Below, in pieces: positions 1 through 10,331 of a stretch of DNA of 52,628 bases. The stretch is from a virus. Its lineage: Duplodnaviria > Caudoviricetes. Both the position numbers and the translations under genes were made by a program. The notes below the pieces were generated by a model that did not search any database, was not told the origin of the DNA, and worked only from the letters and a program-made list of their open reading frames with translations. The stretch covers positions 1-52,628 of IMG/VR virus record IMGVR_UViG_3300028388_005745. One strand, 5' to 3'. Each line of letters begins with the position of its first letter. The first letter of the stretch is position 1.

Positions 1-78
1 TATCAATTCTTCTTCGCGGCGGATGATACGCATACAGGCAGTGTAAATATCAATATTTTACAACAAGGAAATCTCTAA
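1..78 (+). CDS. 3' end of a structural gene (partial), probably the gene starting at 52175
   Basis: Frame 1 open: YQFFFAADDTHTGSVNINILQQGNL*; stop overlaps next start (TAATG). Confidence 0.6.
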   Translation, partial: YQFFFAADDTHTGSVNINILQQGNL

Positions 79-305
79 TGTCTAAAAAGCCAGTCATTAA
101 TAGCGGTATGAATCCACGTAAACAACGTAGAGAAGAAGGCACCGCACGACTGCATCGTGCCGAAGGTGGGCCAACCATGACTATCACGAAAGTGTTGAAA
201 AAACCGACACAAAGTTCTGCCAATATGCCTCATAAAATAAGGCCTACAATGGGAAAAAGAATAGTCACATCGCTCATGGCGAAGGTCTTTAATAAAAAGA
301 AATAA
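78..305 (+). CDS. Small basic protein, possible internal virion/DNA-binding protein
   Basis: 75 aa, K/R-rich, RAEGG motif at 156-170, TAATG coupling, in structural operon. Confidence 0.6.
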   Translation: MSKKPVINSGMNPRKQRREEGTARLHRAEGGPTMTITKVLKKPTQSSANMPHKIRPTMGKRIVTSLMAKVFNKKK

Positions 306-311
306 GAGATT

Positions 312-1370
312 ATGGCGACCTCAGAAAGTTATCAATTTCAAAACACGCCTGCTGATGATTTAATCCAAGAAGCCTTTGAGCGGTGCGGGGAAGTGCCATC
401 TATGGTGACCGGTGAACGCGTTCAATCTGCCATTAATTCTGCAAATTTAATGTTGAGTGAGTGGAGCAATATGCCCAACCTCAGCACAATTTATCCCATG
501 ATGGTATCTTTAGAGGCGAACCAATCCCATTATCCCTTACCCCAAGGTATATACGATATCATTGATAACGAAATGACAACCGTCCAATACAAGCGTTTGT
601 TTGAAGGTACAGCGTCTACGGATAATGGTGGGGATGCTGCGAATGCGTTTGATGGTGATCCTGATACCAATTGTACAAATACTACCTCCAATGGATATAT
701 TGCCTATACCTTTACTACAACACCTCAAGAAGTGTTTTATATTGGCGTTAAAACGAATGTCACGCGCACTTATAAACTGGCCTATGAATACAGTATAGAT
801 GGAAGTGAATGGATTACCCTAAATACCCCCGCCGCGCAGAAGTTCCAAAAAGGAACCACTTCTTGGTATTTGCCGCAAATGACACGCACCGCAATGGCAT
901 GGCGTATCCGGGAAACAGGTGGTGCGATTCTTGATATTAATGAATTGTATTTTGCATATCCGGGACTTACTAACTTGATGCAACGCATGTCAAGAGATCA
1001 ATACATGTCTTATACCAACAAGGCAAACCCGGGTGCCTCCACAGGCCGCCCCACCTTGTTTTATATAGATCGCAAGCGCGATACCAATTTAATTCTTTAT
1101 CCCCGTCCAGGTATCATCGGGAGTTGGAATGCTATCGTATTCAATGCACAGAAATACTATCAAGACTTTAATGCCTTGGTGGAAAATGTGGATATGCCAC
1201 AGCGGTTTTTAGAGGCTTTTGTAGCCGGATGGGCCGCGCGCATTGCCGAAAAATTCTACCCTGAACGTTATCCCATGCTTAAACAACGCTCTATGGAATC
1301 TTATGCCTTGGCGGCGATGGGTGATTGTGATTCCGCCCCTGTAATCATCAATGCTGGATTCGATTATTAA
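312..1370 (+). CDS. Head-tail adaptor / tail tubular protein A-like with inserted discoidin (F5/8 type C)-like domain
   Basis: N-term DLIQEAFERCG...SANLMLSEW and C-term RPTLFY...LYPRP...MPQRFLEAFVAG adaptor-like motifs; central NAFDGDPDT...YEYSIDGSEW discoidin-like motif. Confidence 0.7.
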   Translation: MATSESYQFQNTPADDLIQEAFERCGEVPSMVTGERVQSAINSANLMLSEWSNMPNLSTIYPMMVSLEANQSHYPLPQGIYDIIDNEMTTVQYKRLFEGTASTDNGGDAANAFDGDPDTNCTNTTSNGYIAYTFTTTPQEVFYIGVKTNVTRTYKLAYEYSIDGSEWITLNTPAAQKFQKGTTSWYLPQMTRTAMAWRIRETGGAILDINELYFAYPGLTNLMQRMSRDQYMSYTNKANPGASTGRPTLFYIDRKRDTNLILYPRPGIIGSWNAIVFNAQKYYQDFNALVENVDMPQRFLEAFVAGWAARIAEKFYPERYPMLKQRSMESYALAAMGDCDSAPVIINAGFDY

Positions 1371-1384
1371 CAATTAATGAAATA
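1366..1384 (+). promoter_or_regulatory. 19-bp dispersed motif ATTAACAATTAATGAAATA, copy 1
   Basis: Identical at 10566-10584 and, inverted, at 45979-45997; each heads an AT-rich gap before a virion gene block. Confidence 0.7.
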
Positions 1385-1441
1385 TTATTTGTATTTAAAT
1401 ACTGATAGAATAAAAACCAATTAATAATTTATAAAATTATT

Positions 1442-1714
1442 ATGCGTCGCCTTGTAAGAAGATCTAAATATATTCACATTAACCCCCGTAATCCTCAAGC
1501 GACGGCGGTGTGTGACCGAACTGGGTTTTTTGTGATGCATAATGACTTGGTTAAGGAAAAAGAGAGGGTAGGCTATTCGAATCGTTGGAATGGGTTATTG
1601 GTTCATAAAAATTTTGTAGATAAGCCCAATTTGGCGTTATCTGCCCCCAAAATCAAGAATGACCCTAAGCCTGTTCATATGCCGAGGCCGTCCCCTTATA
1701 AAGATTTTAAGTAA
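1442..1714 (+). CDS. Conserved small phage protein
   Basis: AVCDRTGF...GLLV...DKP...DPKPV..PRP pattern typical of a small gene following the adaptor in such podoviruses. Confidence 0.6.
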   Translation: MRRLVRRSKYIHINPRNPQATAVCDRTGFFVMHNDLVKEKERVGYSNRWNGLLVHKNFVDKPNLALSAPKIKNDPKPVHMPRPSPYKDFK

Positions 1715-1723
1715 GGATAGGTT

Positions 1724-2818
1724 ATGCCAGCACCCGTAGACGCCACGTATATTTTAAAGAACCCGAATGCCAGTTTACCCAATGCCATTGCGCTTTCCAC
1801 GGTAGGAAATGGTCTTCTTAAAAACGCCAGCGGAACCCCAACAGCGGCCGTTCCCAATGTCGATTACCTCGCAGTTAATTCTGAACTTTTAAGTATCGCT
1901 GAGCTGTCCCCGCCTTTTGGTGCGCTTCTTGTGGCGCTGGGATCAGAGGCCTGGGGATTCTTAGAAAAAGGTTCTGCCGGTCAAGGGCTTATGGCCACCG
2001 CGGAAACCATTGAATGGCAAAGTTTACCTCCTTTAGTCGGTTCTTATATCACCTTGAATAACGAGAGTGGATTACCGAATGCCCGGCGTTTAAACGTAGG
2101 GGCAGGTCTTCATATAGAAGATTATGGCGCCAACAGTGAAATCATCATTAATACGACTGGCTTTTTGAATTCTGTCAATAATCTGGCAACTGTCGGCTTG
2201 ATGGTCCATACCAACAGTGGATCTGGTTTGGCCACACGTATGATTTCATCCTCGGATGACTCTCTTACTGTAACAAATCCCACCGGGGCGGCAGGCAATA
2301 TTGATTTAAGTATCAATGATGATGTCAGTTTCCAGAAATTAAACCTTTCACGTAATGGTACCTTAGTTGGATCACGGTCCAAACTTAACTTTGTGTCAAC
2401 GCCCACAGTCGGTGTGACCCTTGTGGATGATGGAGTTAACAACAAAGTTGATGTGGTATTAACGGCTTCCCCTGGCACAAGTACGTTTGCACCGATGACA
2501 ACCGAGGTTGTGACAGAAAACCAGGTGATGGAAGTAAATAAAAGATATATCGCGAATTCAGCGGCTTTAGTGACGTTGACTTTACCTGCAACTGCAGCCG
2601 TAGGCGCAGAATTTATCGTGGGCGCGAATAACAGTGGTGGCTGGCGTGTGAATCAAAATGCAAACCAACAAATCCGTTGGGGAACACTTGAAAGCACGGA
2701 AGGAACAGACGGCTATGCATTATCACAAAATGTTGGGGATGTGATTCACCTTGTGTGTGTCGAAGCAAATACAACATTTTTGGCAATGCCTGGCATAGGT
2801 AACTATAGGCTAGAATAG
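1724..2818 (+). CDS. Tail fibre/spike-associated protein
   Basis: G/T/S/N-rich beta-type composition; N-terminal ~250 aa paralogous to 3435 ORF; C-terminal YIAN...TLTLPA..G...GGWRV.QNA domain shared with 2829 ORF. Confidence 0.7.
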   Translation: MPAPVDATYILKNPNASLPNAIALSTVGNGLLKNASGTPTAAVPNVDYLAVNSELLSIAELSPPFGALLVALGSEAWGFLEKGSAGQGLMATAETIEWQSLPPLVGSYITLNNESGLPNARRLNVGAGLHIEDYGANSEIIINTTGFLNSVNNLATVGLMVHTNSGSGLATRMISSSDDSLTVTNPTGAAGNIDLSINDDVSFQKLNLSRNGTLVGSRSKLNFVSTPTVGVTLVDDGVNNKVDVVLTASPGTSTFAPMTTEVVTENQVMEVNKRYIANSAALVTLTLPATAAVGAEFIVGANNSGGWRVNQNANQQIRWGTLESTEGTDGYALSQNVGDVIHLVCVEANTTFLAMPGIGNYRLE

Positions 2819-2828
2819 GGAGAAAAAA

Positions 2829-3410
2829 ATGGCTTTATGGAATAACTTAAACGCACCTACCCCGTTTTCGGTAGCTAACGGTGGTACCGGTGCAACATCA
2901 CTAACCGCTAATGGTATCGTTTTTGGTAATGGCACATCCGCTGTTACTGTCAGTGCTGAGCTTTCTGACGGACAAGTCTTAGTGGGTCGAACAGGAAATA
3001 CGCCTGTTCCAGCAACAATTACAGCTGGGGCTAACGTAACCGTAACTAATGCATCTGGATCTATTACCATTGCGGCTTCAGATGTTGCAGGTATGGTGTT
3101 TTCAGCGATTACTGAAAACCAAGGAGCTGTTGCTGAAGAAGGTTACATCACTAATGGTGGCGCGACTCGTCTAGAAGTTCTTCTACCGGCTGCACCTTCA
3201 GTGGGTGATCGTTTCCGCATGTTGTATGGTAACGGCGCATGGCGTGTCACACAAAATGCAGGCGACACTGTATCTCAAGGTACACAAGAATCAACAGCTG
3301 GGGCGACAGGTTACTTTGAATCTAATGCTGTTGGTGATGGCGCTGAGTTCATTTGTATTGCGGCGCAAACATGGCGAATCTTGTCACCGTCAACATTGAA
3401 CTTTGCTTAA
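2829..3410 (+). CDS. Tail fibre-associated protein
   Basis: VANGGTGAT fibre motif; C-terminal domain paralogous to 1724 ORF (LPAAPSVGD...GAWRVTQNAG). Confidence 0.7.
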   Translation: MALWNNLNAPTPFSVANGGTGATSLTANGIVFGNGTSAVTVSAELSDGQVLVGRTGNTPVPATITAGANVTVTNASGSITIAASDVAGMVFSAITENQGAVAEEGYITNGGATRLEVLLPAAPSVGDRFRMLYGNGAWRVTQNAGDTVSQGTQESTAGATGYFESNAVGDGAEFICIAAQTWRILSPSTLNFA

Positions 3411-3434
3411 TAATTTTCTTTAGGAACCCTGAAA

Positions 3435-5594
3435 ATGAGTGCGCCCGCTGATTCAACTTATATTCTCTTAAGCCCCGATGCGGCTTTACCCAATGCGTTT
3501 TCTTTAAACTCGTTGGCCACAGGGATTATCAAGCAATCAGGGGGCACTCCCGCTCGGGCTATTCCTGGAACAGATTATTTGGTTCCCACGCCAGTCATAA
3601 ACTCTTTAGCCGGATTAGAGCCCCAAAGTGGTTCTCTGCTGGTGGGAGTTGATGAGGACACGTGGGAATTATTACCTCCTCCCGCCAGTGCTAATTTAGC
3701 TTTGGTTTGGGATGGAAGTTCTTTAACATATGCGAGTGTCCCTGCTGCCTCAAGTCCGTATGTGACGTTATCAGCCACCAGTTCCTTAACGAACAGCCGT
3801 TATCTTGATGCCAGCGGGGGCATACAGCTAACAGACAATGGTGCTGGAAACGCTCTTACAATTTCACCAACTGGTAAATTGTCATCTTTTAATTCCTTGA
3901 ATCAAACAGGAATTGTGGTGGCCGGTGCCAATAATCAATTCTTCGCGCGTGAAATCATATCTAGTGATGATACGATTGCGATTACAAATCCTGATGGAAT
4001 CACCAACGACATTAACTTAAGTGTCAATGATGATATCAGCGTGCAAAAAGTTGCCGTGTATCGCAATGATACAAAAATCGGCGAACGCTCAAAAATTAAA
4101 TTCGTTCCTGGTGTCAATATGGGCATTTCCATTGTTGATGATGCCATTGAAAACGAAATCGAAATTACCTTAAGTGCCTCAGCCGGTGGCGGCGGGGGTG
4201 TATCAGATGCCAATATCGTCACACTGACTGATCAAACCCATATTATGCCCAATAGCTTTGCGTTATCAGGCTTAAATACAGGTATTCTGAAAAACACGAA
4301 TGGCACAGGACAGCCTACAATTGCGGTGGCAGGCACCGATTTCTTGCTACCAAGTGCGAATCTTACTTCTATTAGCGAAGCGAGTAACGCCTTAGGAAGC
4401 CTTCTCGTAGCAACAGGATCAGGTTACAATGCTTTGGCCGCGGGTCCGGCCAATACCTTTATGAAAAGCAATGGCACAACCATCGGATGGTCAGTCATTG
4501 AATCTTCCAATACAGCAACATTCCTTACCAAAACAGATGAAAGTGCTACCTATCCAAACAGCTTTGCACTTTCTGACTTAGCAACTGGTATTCTCAAAAA
4601 CACCACAACTACGGGTGAACCCACAATTGCGGTTGCCGGCACTGATTATTTACCGCCTTCTGCGAATTTAACGACCTTAAGTGCCGCCTCCAATGCAAGT
4701 GGCACGCTCTATATAGGTAATGGGAGTGGCATTTCAGCACTGGCGTTAGGTGCCAGTGGCACTGTTCCCAAAAGCGATGGTTCAAGCATTGTGTGGAGTG
4801 CCGATGCTGGCGCTTCGGCCGCGGCCCCTTATTTGACATTAACGGATGTCAGTGGGGACTTACCCAATAGTTTCGCGATGAGTTCCTTAGCCACCGGTAT
4901 TTTAAAGAATACGAATGGTACAGGTATTCCCACAATTGCCGATGCCAACACAGATTATATGGTACCAAGTGTCAATCTGTTGAGTATTTCTGCTGCTTCG
5001 TCTACTGCCGGAAACATCTTTGTCGGTATGGGGGAGGGGAATGGGTATTCGCCGCTGCCGCAGGGAAACAATGAAGAGTCACTTCATATAACCAATGGAT
5101 TATTGGATTGGCGTCTTTCACCGGCCAATAAGCGTTATGCCTTACGGAACTTTATTATTTCAGTGGCGAACCAACCTGATGTTCAAAACTGGGCCATGTA
5201 TGGATGTTGGGATTACCTCTTTAATACTGACTGGCTTGCGGGCTCTAAACAGCTAGAACCCATTGGATTAAATCAGCAGGGTCTTCTTAATTACGATACA
5301 GCTGTGGTTGATGCGCAGAATATTACCTATTTGATATTAGGAACCCGTGCTGCGGATGGAACTCACGCACCGCTTCCTTTTGGGACAAAACTCGTTGTGA
5401 ATTTTGGTGTGATGCGCGGTTCAAATGACAATCTTAATACCCTCACCGGGGAATTGCTCTTAAATGGAGCCAGCTCAATTTCAGTAGCGCAAGGATCCGG
5501 ATTCCCAGGCAACAAATTCATCTTTGAAAAAGTAACTGATACCCAATGGTCCGTTCTTCCGTATGTCTCAAATTATTGGCCCAATCCTTACTAA
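3435..5594 (+). CDS. Tail fibre protein with ~100-aa internal repeats
   Basis: Four copies of PN(S/A)FxL/MxxLxTGI(L/I)K...A..GTDY; distinct C-terminal ~150-aa putative receptor-binding domain. Confidence 0.75.
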   Translation: MSAPADSTYILLSPDAALPNAFSLNSLATGIIKQSGGTPARAIPGTDYLVPTPVINSLAGLEPQSGSLLVGVDEDTWELLPPPASANLALVWDGSSLTYASVPAASSPYVTLSATSSLTNSRYLDASGGIQLTDNGAGNALTISPTGKLSSFNSLNQTGIVVAGANNQFFAREIISSDDTIAITNPDGITNDINLSVNDDISVQKVAVYRNDTKIGERSKIKFVPGVNMGISIVDDAIENEIEITLSASAGGGGGVSDANIVTLTDQTHIMPNSFALSGLNTGILKNTNGTGQPTIAVAGTDFLLPSANLTSISEASNALGSLLVATGSGYNALAAGPANTFMKSNGTTIGWSVIESSNTATFLTKTDESATYPNSFALSDLATGILKNTTTTGEPTIAVAGTDYLPPSANLTTLSAASNASGTLYIGNGSGISALALGASGTVPKSDGSSIVWSADAGASAAAPYLTLTDVSGDLPNSFAMSSLATGILKNTNGTGIPTIADANTDYMVPSVNLLSISAASSTAGNIFVGMGEGNGYSPLPQGNNEESLHITNGLLDWRLSPANKRYALRNFIISVANQPDVQNWAMYGCWDYLFNTDWLAGSKQLEPIGLNQQGLLNYDTAVVDAQNITYLILGTRAADGTHAPLPFGTKLVVNFGVMRGSNDNLNTLTGELLLNGASSISVAQGSGFPGNKFIFEKVTDTQWSVLPYVSNYWPNPY
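4206..5110 (+). repeat. Three tandem ~100-aa (~300-nt) repeats in tail fibre
   Basis: PNSFALSGLNTGILKNTNGTG / PNSFALSDLATGILKNTTTTG / PNSFAMSSLATGILKNTNGTG. Confidence 0.9.
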
Positions 5595-5625
5595 TTGAGT
5601 AAAAATACGCAAGGGAGCGCGTAAA

Positions 5626-6327
5626 ATGATTATCGAGAAAACAAAAACTGCAACGCTGACTAATACAGGGACGGGTAATGAGGCCTTTGGCATTGATCTA
5701 GGTGATAACGCCCATCATTATATTGCAGGATTACATGTTTTCGTAAATGGAAGTGACGCCCAAATTACTTATGGGTTTTCACAAACAGAAACCGGCGCGT
5801 TTCAAAATATTTTTGGAAAAAATAAAAAAACTAGTACTAAAACGCCAGTTGGCGGCTCACAAATTATATTAGGAACCACACCTGTTATCTCAAATTATAG
5901 ATACTTAAGGTTGGATATTAATCATAATGCAGCCGACACCGTTGAAGTCATTGTTTCCTATAGTTCAATACCTAATGCGAATCCTGCCACGAATCTTATG
6001 AACTATGCGGTGGGAGAACTCGCTGAGGGCGAAAGTGCTGACGCCATTATTGGGCCAGCTGGAAACAGTTTTTATGCGGTAAAATCCATTTATTTGGTGG
6101 AACGAAATGATGTTAATATTACCGCCAAAGCTTATTTTACTTCGTCCGGGGTACAATCCCAATTTTATCAAAACTCCACAATTCAAAATCGAACATCTGA
6201 TGGCTACAGGGTTCTTCTTCAATTAAGAGAGCCTACAGATATTATCACCATTGAGAATGCTACCGTGGACCCTTCAACGCTTTATTACTATATCTCATAC
6301 GTTGAAATTCAAGACCCGGAGGGATAA
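5626..6327 (+). CDS. Putative virion structural protein (beta-rich)
   Basis: 233 aa, RBS AAGGGAG, within tail operon. Confidence 0.55.
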   Translation: MIIEKTKTATLTNTGTGNEAFGIDLGDNAHHYIAGLHVFVNGSDAQITYGFSQTETGAFQNIFGKNKKTSTKTPVGGSQIILGTTPVISNYRYLRLDINHNAADTVEVIVSYSSIPNANPATNLMNYAVGELAEGESADAIIGPAGNSFYAVKSIYLVERNDVNITAKAYFTSSGVQSQFYQNSTIQNRTSDGYRVLLQLREPTDIITIENATVDPSTLYYYISYVEIQDPEG

Positions 6328-6969
6328 ATGGCCGCTTTTATTTATACTTACTCCACATTACTTGAAAAAATACCTGAATACTTAGAAAGAACTGATACAA
6401 AGTTCCTGGAAAATATCCCGGTTTTTATTAAAAATGCCCAAGACCGCATTGGACAGGATTTAAAAAATATAGGTCTCGTTACTTATCTGGTTGGCAATTT
6501 TCAAGCCGGGTTAGGTGTGTATCAAAAGCCTTCAAAGTGGCTCAATACCATGAGTATAAACTTTGGATCAGGTGAGGGAAATAACACAGCGAAGTTCTTG
6601 CAGTTGCGTACATATGAGTTTTGTATGGAATACCATTCCAATTTAACCGAAACGGGAACGCCTAAATATTATGCCGATTACGGTTATGATAATTGGCTAA
6701 TCGTTCCCACTCCTGATGCAAACTACCCTTTTGAAGTGGCTTATAGCGGTTCGCCACCCACCTTAGATGAAAGTCAGCAAGAAAACTGGGTAACACGTTT
6801 CGCACCGCGCTTGCTTTTGTATGCAGCTCTTAAAGAAGCGCAGGTATATTTAAAAAACACACAGCGTGTCCAAGAGTTTGAAGCATTATATAAGGAAGAA
6901 CTGAACTCACTTACACTTCGCAACAGAGAACGTTACACAGATAGGTATGAGGAAAGGAATAAAGACTAA
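6328..6969 (+). CDS. Phage adaptor/head-completion protein
   Basis: TYSTL...YLER...IPVFI..A..RI; GTPKYYA...VPTPDANY; NW....P.LLLYAALKEA motifs. Confidence 0.7.
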   Translation: MAAFIYTYSTLLEKIPEYLERTDTKFLENIPVFIKNAQDRIGQDLKNIGLVTYLVGNFQAGLGVYQKPSKWLNTMSINFGSGEGNNTAKFLQLRTYEFCMEYHSNLTETGTPKYYADYGYDNWLIVPTPDANYPFEVAYSGSPPTLDESQQENWVTRFAPRLLLYAALKEAQVYLKNTQRVQEFEALYKEELNSLTLRNRERYTDRYEERNKD

Positions 6970-8795
6970 TGAGTAGTTATGATAACCGTTTCGGGGGTTC
7001 AGTCATAAATCCTTCGACTATTTCCTATAGTTCTTTGACTTTATCGCAAGCTGTTACGCAATTGTCTTGGCCAATTGTCTATCAAGATAAGCCAAATGTA
7101 GTATCTTCGTATATCTCGGTGACCTCAAATGATGATAGTTACAGCATTCAAATGCCGGATGCGACCCAAACATCCGTAGGTCAAGCCACCATTATTGCGA
7201 ATGTCGGGGCCAACGATTTCTATATTCAAAATGCGAGCGGTGGGATTGTTCAAGCGGATATTACCCCCACCCAAGTCTATTTTTTAATCCTCACCGATAA
7301 CAGTACAGCTGCTGGTCAATGGGAAACCTTACTGTTTGGGGCCACTACAGCCACAGCAAATGCGGCGGAATTGGCAGGTTTTGGTTTAACTGCCCTTTCG
7401 AACGCGCGGCTGAATACCTATAGACCCATCACGGAAGTAAATTCGAACTATCTCGTAACACTTAATGACCGCGACAAAATGTTTGTTTGGACAGGTGGCA
7501 CCGGAACCATCACCCTTCCAGATGCCGCGGCCGCGCTGAATGGGTTTATGATTTCAGTGAATAACCGTTCGGAAGTGGGCGGTGTACTCAATATGACGCC
7601 CCAAGCGGGTGAAACCATTGATGGGGCTATTTCTTTTAGTCTCAACATTGAAGAATCCAGCATGTTCATCAGCGATGGGCAAAACTGGATCTCTTTGGGT
7701 TATGGAAATAACTCGGTCTCAAGCATTGATGTTCTTGAACTTGATGTGTCAGCCGGGGGTACCATTACACTCAATTCTGTGCAGGCCCAACGACAGGTTC
7801 AACGATTCAATGGCACGTTAACCGCGGATGTGACTATCGAAGTTCCCAACATCCCCAATACCTATTTTGTTAGCAATAATACCAGTGGGGACTTTTCTTT
7901 TACCTATAAGATGGTTGGGGGTCTAACGGAAACCTTGATCCCGCGGTCCCAGCGCATGATATTCGTATGCGATACCTTTGATATCAAACCCAGTCCTTCA
8001 TTTATTATTGGAAGCTTTGGTTTTGGCAACGGTTCGGCAGCTGCCCCTTCTGTGACCTTTTCATCAGATTCGGAAACAGGTCTTTATTTAAATACGGCAG
8101 GAAACATCGGGGCTTCTGCCGGTGGTGTTTTACGTGCCAATATCAATCAATTTGGTGTAAGTACCGTTGATGGCACGAATGCTAGCCCTTCTTATTCATG
8201 GATCAATAACACCAATACAGGTCTATACAATATCAACAATGATTCAATTGGGTTTTCTGCTAATGGCACCGAAGTAGCCATTATGGAAAATACCGGCCTG
8301 CAGCTCATTGATGGGCTTGTCACTGACCCGGCGTTTTCATTTATTGACGAAAATGCCGGAATTTATCGGGTGGGTGAGAATATAATTGGTTTTACTATTG
8401 ATAATCTAAATGTCCTGAACATTACGACTTCGGGGGTCGCCTTGAAAACTGGAAACGCCGTTACGCCGTCCTTGACATTCCAGTCACAAGCAACAAAAGG
8501 CCTTTATGATGGCGGCGCAAATATTATTGGTGTGTCGGTTAATAAAGTGGAAGTGGCCCGTTTTGAGCAGACAGGTATCAAGGTGTTATCAGGTTCTGCT
8601 GCCAATCCTTCTTATGCCTTTCCGTTAGATGGAGATTCCGGCATTTTTAATCCCTCCGCCAATGCGGTGGGCGTAAGTTGTGGTGGGACCTTAACAGCGA
8701 CCTTTAAGACCACGGGTCTCAATTTATCAGAGGGTCAAAATTATTCCCAAGGGGGAATTAATCAGTATTCGTTAAACAGAATTTTTGGAAGATAA
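6969..8795 (+). CDS. Tail fibre protein
   Basis: TITLPDA...G domain and five ~47-aa G..A.PS..F..D..G.Y...IG.S repeats. Confidence 0.75.
   Translation: MSSYDNRFGGSVINPSTISYSSLTLSQAVTQLSWPIVYQDKPNVVSSYISVTSNDDSYSIQMPDATQTSVGQATIIANVGANDFYIQNASGGIVQADITPTQVYFLILTDNSTAAGQWETLLFGATTATANAAELAGFGLTALSNARLNTYRPITEVNSNYLVTLNDRDKMFVWTGGTGTITLPDAAAALNGFMISVNNRSEVGGVLNMTPQAGETIDGAISFSLNIEESSMFISDGQNWISLGYGNNSVSSIDVLELDVSAGGTITLNSVQAQRQVQRFNGTLTADVTIEVPNIPNTYFVSNNTSGDFSFTYKMVGGLTETLIPRSQRMIFVCDTFDIKPSPSFIIGSFGFGNGSAAAPSVTFSSDSETGLYLNTAGNIGASAGGVLRANINQFGVSTVDGTNASPSYSWINNTNTGLYNINNDSIGFSANGTEVAIMENTGLQLIDGLVTDPAFSFIDENAGIYRVGENIIGFTIDNLNVLNITTSGVALKTGNAVTPSLTFQSQATKGLYDGGANIIGVSVNKVEVARFEQTGIKVLSGSAANPSYAFPLDGDSGIFNPSANAVGVSCGGTLTATFKTTGLNLSEGQNYSQGGINQYSLNRIFGR
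8025..8720 (+). repeat. Five ~47-aa tail-fibre repeats
   Basis: GSAAAPSVTF / GTNASPSYSW / GLVTDPAFSF / GNAVTPSLTF / GSAANPSYAF, each followed by G[LI][YF]...[IV]G. Confidence 0.85.
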
Positions 8796-10331
8796 ATGCC
8801 AACTATCACCAAAATCCTCCGAACCAAACCAGGCGTTCAACGCGATGGGACTTCTTATAGTACTGAACATTATATTGATGCTCAACATTGTAGGTTTTAT
8901 CTTGGAAAACCCCGAAAAATGGGCGGATATCGGCTGATTTATCCGGGGACAGATATAAGAATTCGCACCATATTTCCAGTCGCCCAAACCAATAATCTTA
9001 CCCATATTTACATGGGCCGATACAACCGTTTGTCCTATGTTCCTTTCACGTCGCAATTAAACACAGGTGTGGAAGTTGAGCGCACCCCCGATAATTTGCC
9101 TTCAAATGCAAACAATGTGTGGTCTATTGCCCAGCTTACCACAGGGGTAGCAGGCACTCCCCAGGTAACCGCGGATCTCACGTCGAATATTATTGCCGCC
9201 GCCATCCCTAACTTAAATGATATTACATCCACTGAAACGGGAAATGTCTATATTGGTGAAGCGGAATCCACGGCACCCCTCACCAAATTGAATTATGGTG
9301 ATGAGATTTTACCCTCAGGCGGCATTACGGTTGTACCCCCTTTCTTGTTTTTGTATGGAAACGATGGAAAGGTAAGCAGGTCCCAAGCCAGTCGTCCTGA
9401 TATTATTGAAAGCACCCAGGCCATAGCGAACACAAAAGTTGTATATGGGGCTCCCACTGGAGCAGGGGGCACGGTTCCATCAGTACTATTCTGGTCATTA
9501 AACAGTTTAATTCGGGGTGTATTTGACCCTGCAGAGGGAGAATTTTCATACGCGACCCTAGCCTCACAAATTTCGATTTTATCATCAAATTGCGTAGTTC
9601 AATATGGGCAAGTTTATTTCTGGATAGGGCTGGATCAATTCTATGTGTATAATGGCGTCGTAAAACCCCTCAAGAATGATCAAAATCTGGATGATTTTTT
9701 CAACAATATCAACATGACCCACCGCAATAAAGTATGGGGTTATGTCAATCGAAAATATCAAGAGATCTGGTGGTTTTATCCCCGTGGTGATGCAACTGAA
9801 TGCACCCATGCAGTCATTTATAATATGGAACTTAATGTGTGGTATGATACGGCTTTGGGCAGATGTGCGGGTGCCCCTGTTCAGGAAACGCCCTACCCTA
9901 TTTTAAGTGATTCGCAGTTTGAATATTCGGAAGCCAACATCGGGAAATATGGGCTTTGGCTTCACGAATTTGAGTTCGATAAACAATCTTATGGGGGCCG
10001 CTATGCGATCCCTAGTTACTATGTTCATAACATTTTTTCCTTAAGTGATGAGAATCCTCAGATGAATGTGCAGTTTCGCACGCGCAAAATCGAACCAGAT
10101 TTCCAACAAGTTGGGAATATCACTATTGAAGTGATTAATCGAGGCTATCCGCAGTCTATCCCTGTTGTATCCGAACGACATGTGTCTACTCCTACCACCG
10201 AGAGAATTGAAACAGGCGTCATGGGCAGATATGTAACTTTTCGGGTAGAAAGCAACGAGGTATTCGGGTTTTACCAAATGGGTCAAATCAAGGTTGATTT
10301 TGATCTCGGTGATGTACGACCCGGATCATGA
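8796..10331 (+). CDS. Tail nozzle / tubular protein B-like (DNA stabilisation) protein
   Basis: KPGVQRDGT...RF..GKPRKMGG start; YFW.G...FYVYNG.V; EIWWFYP...C...VIYN...WY; position before ejection proteins. Confidence 0.7.
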   Translation: MPTITKILRTKPGVQRDGTSYSTEHYIDAQHCRFYLGKPRKMGGYRLIYPGTDIRIRTIFPVAQTNNLTHIYMGRYNRLSYVPFTSQLNTGVEVERTPDNLPSNANNVWSIAQLTTGVAGTPQVTADLTSNIIAAAIPNLNDITSTETGNVYIGEAESTAPLTKLNYGDEILPSGGITVVPPFLFLYGNDGKVSRSQASRPDIIESTQAIANTKVVYGAPTGAGGTVPSVLFWSLNSLIRGVFDPAEGEFSYATLASQISILSSNCVVQYGQVYFWIGLDQFYVYNGVVKPLKNDQNLDDFFNNINMTHRNKVWGYVNRKYQEIWWFYPRGDATECTHAVIYNMELNVWYDTALGRCAGAPVQETPYPILSDSQFEYSEANIGKYGLWLHEFEFDKQSYGGRYAIPSYYVHNIFSLSDENPQMNVQFRTRKIEPDFQQVGNITIEVINRGYPQSIPVVSERHVSTPTTERIETGVMGRYVTFRVESNEVFGFYQMGQIKVDFDLGDVRPGS

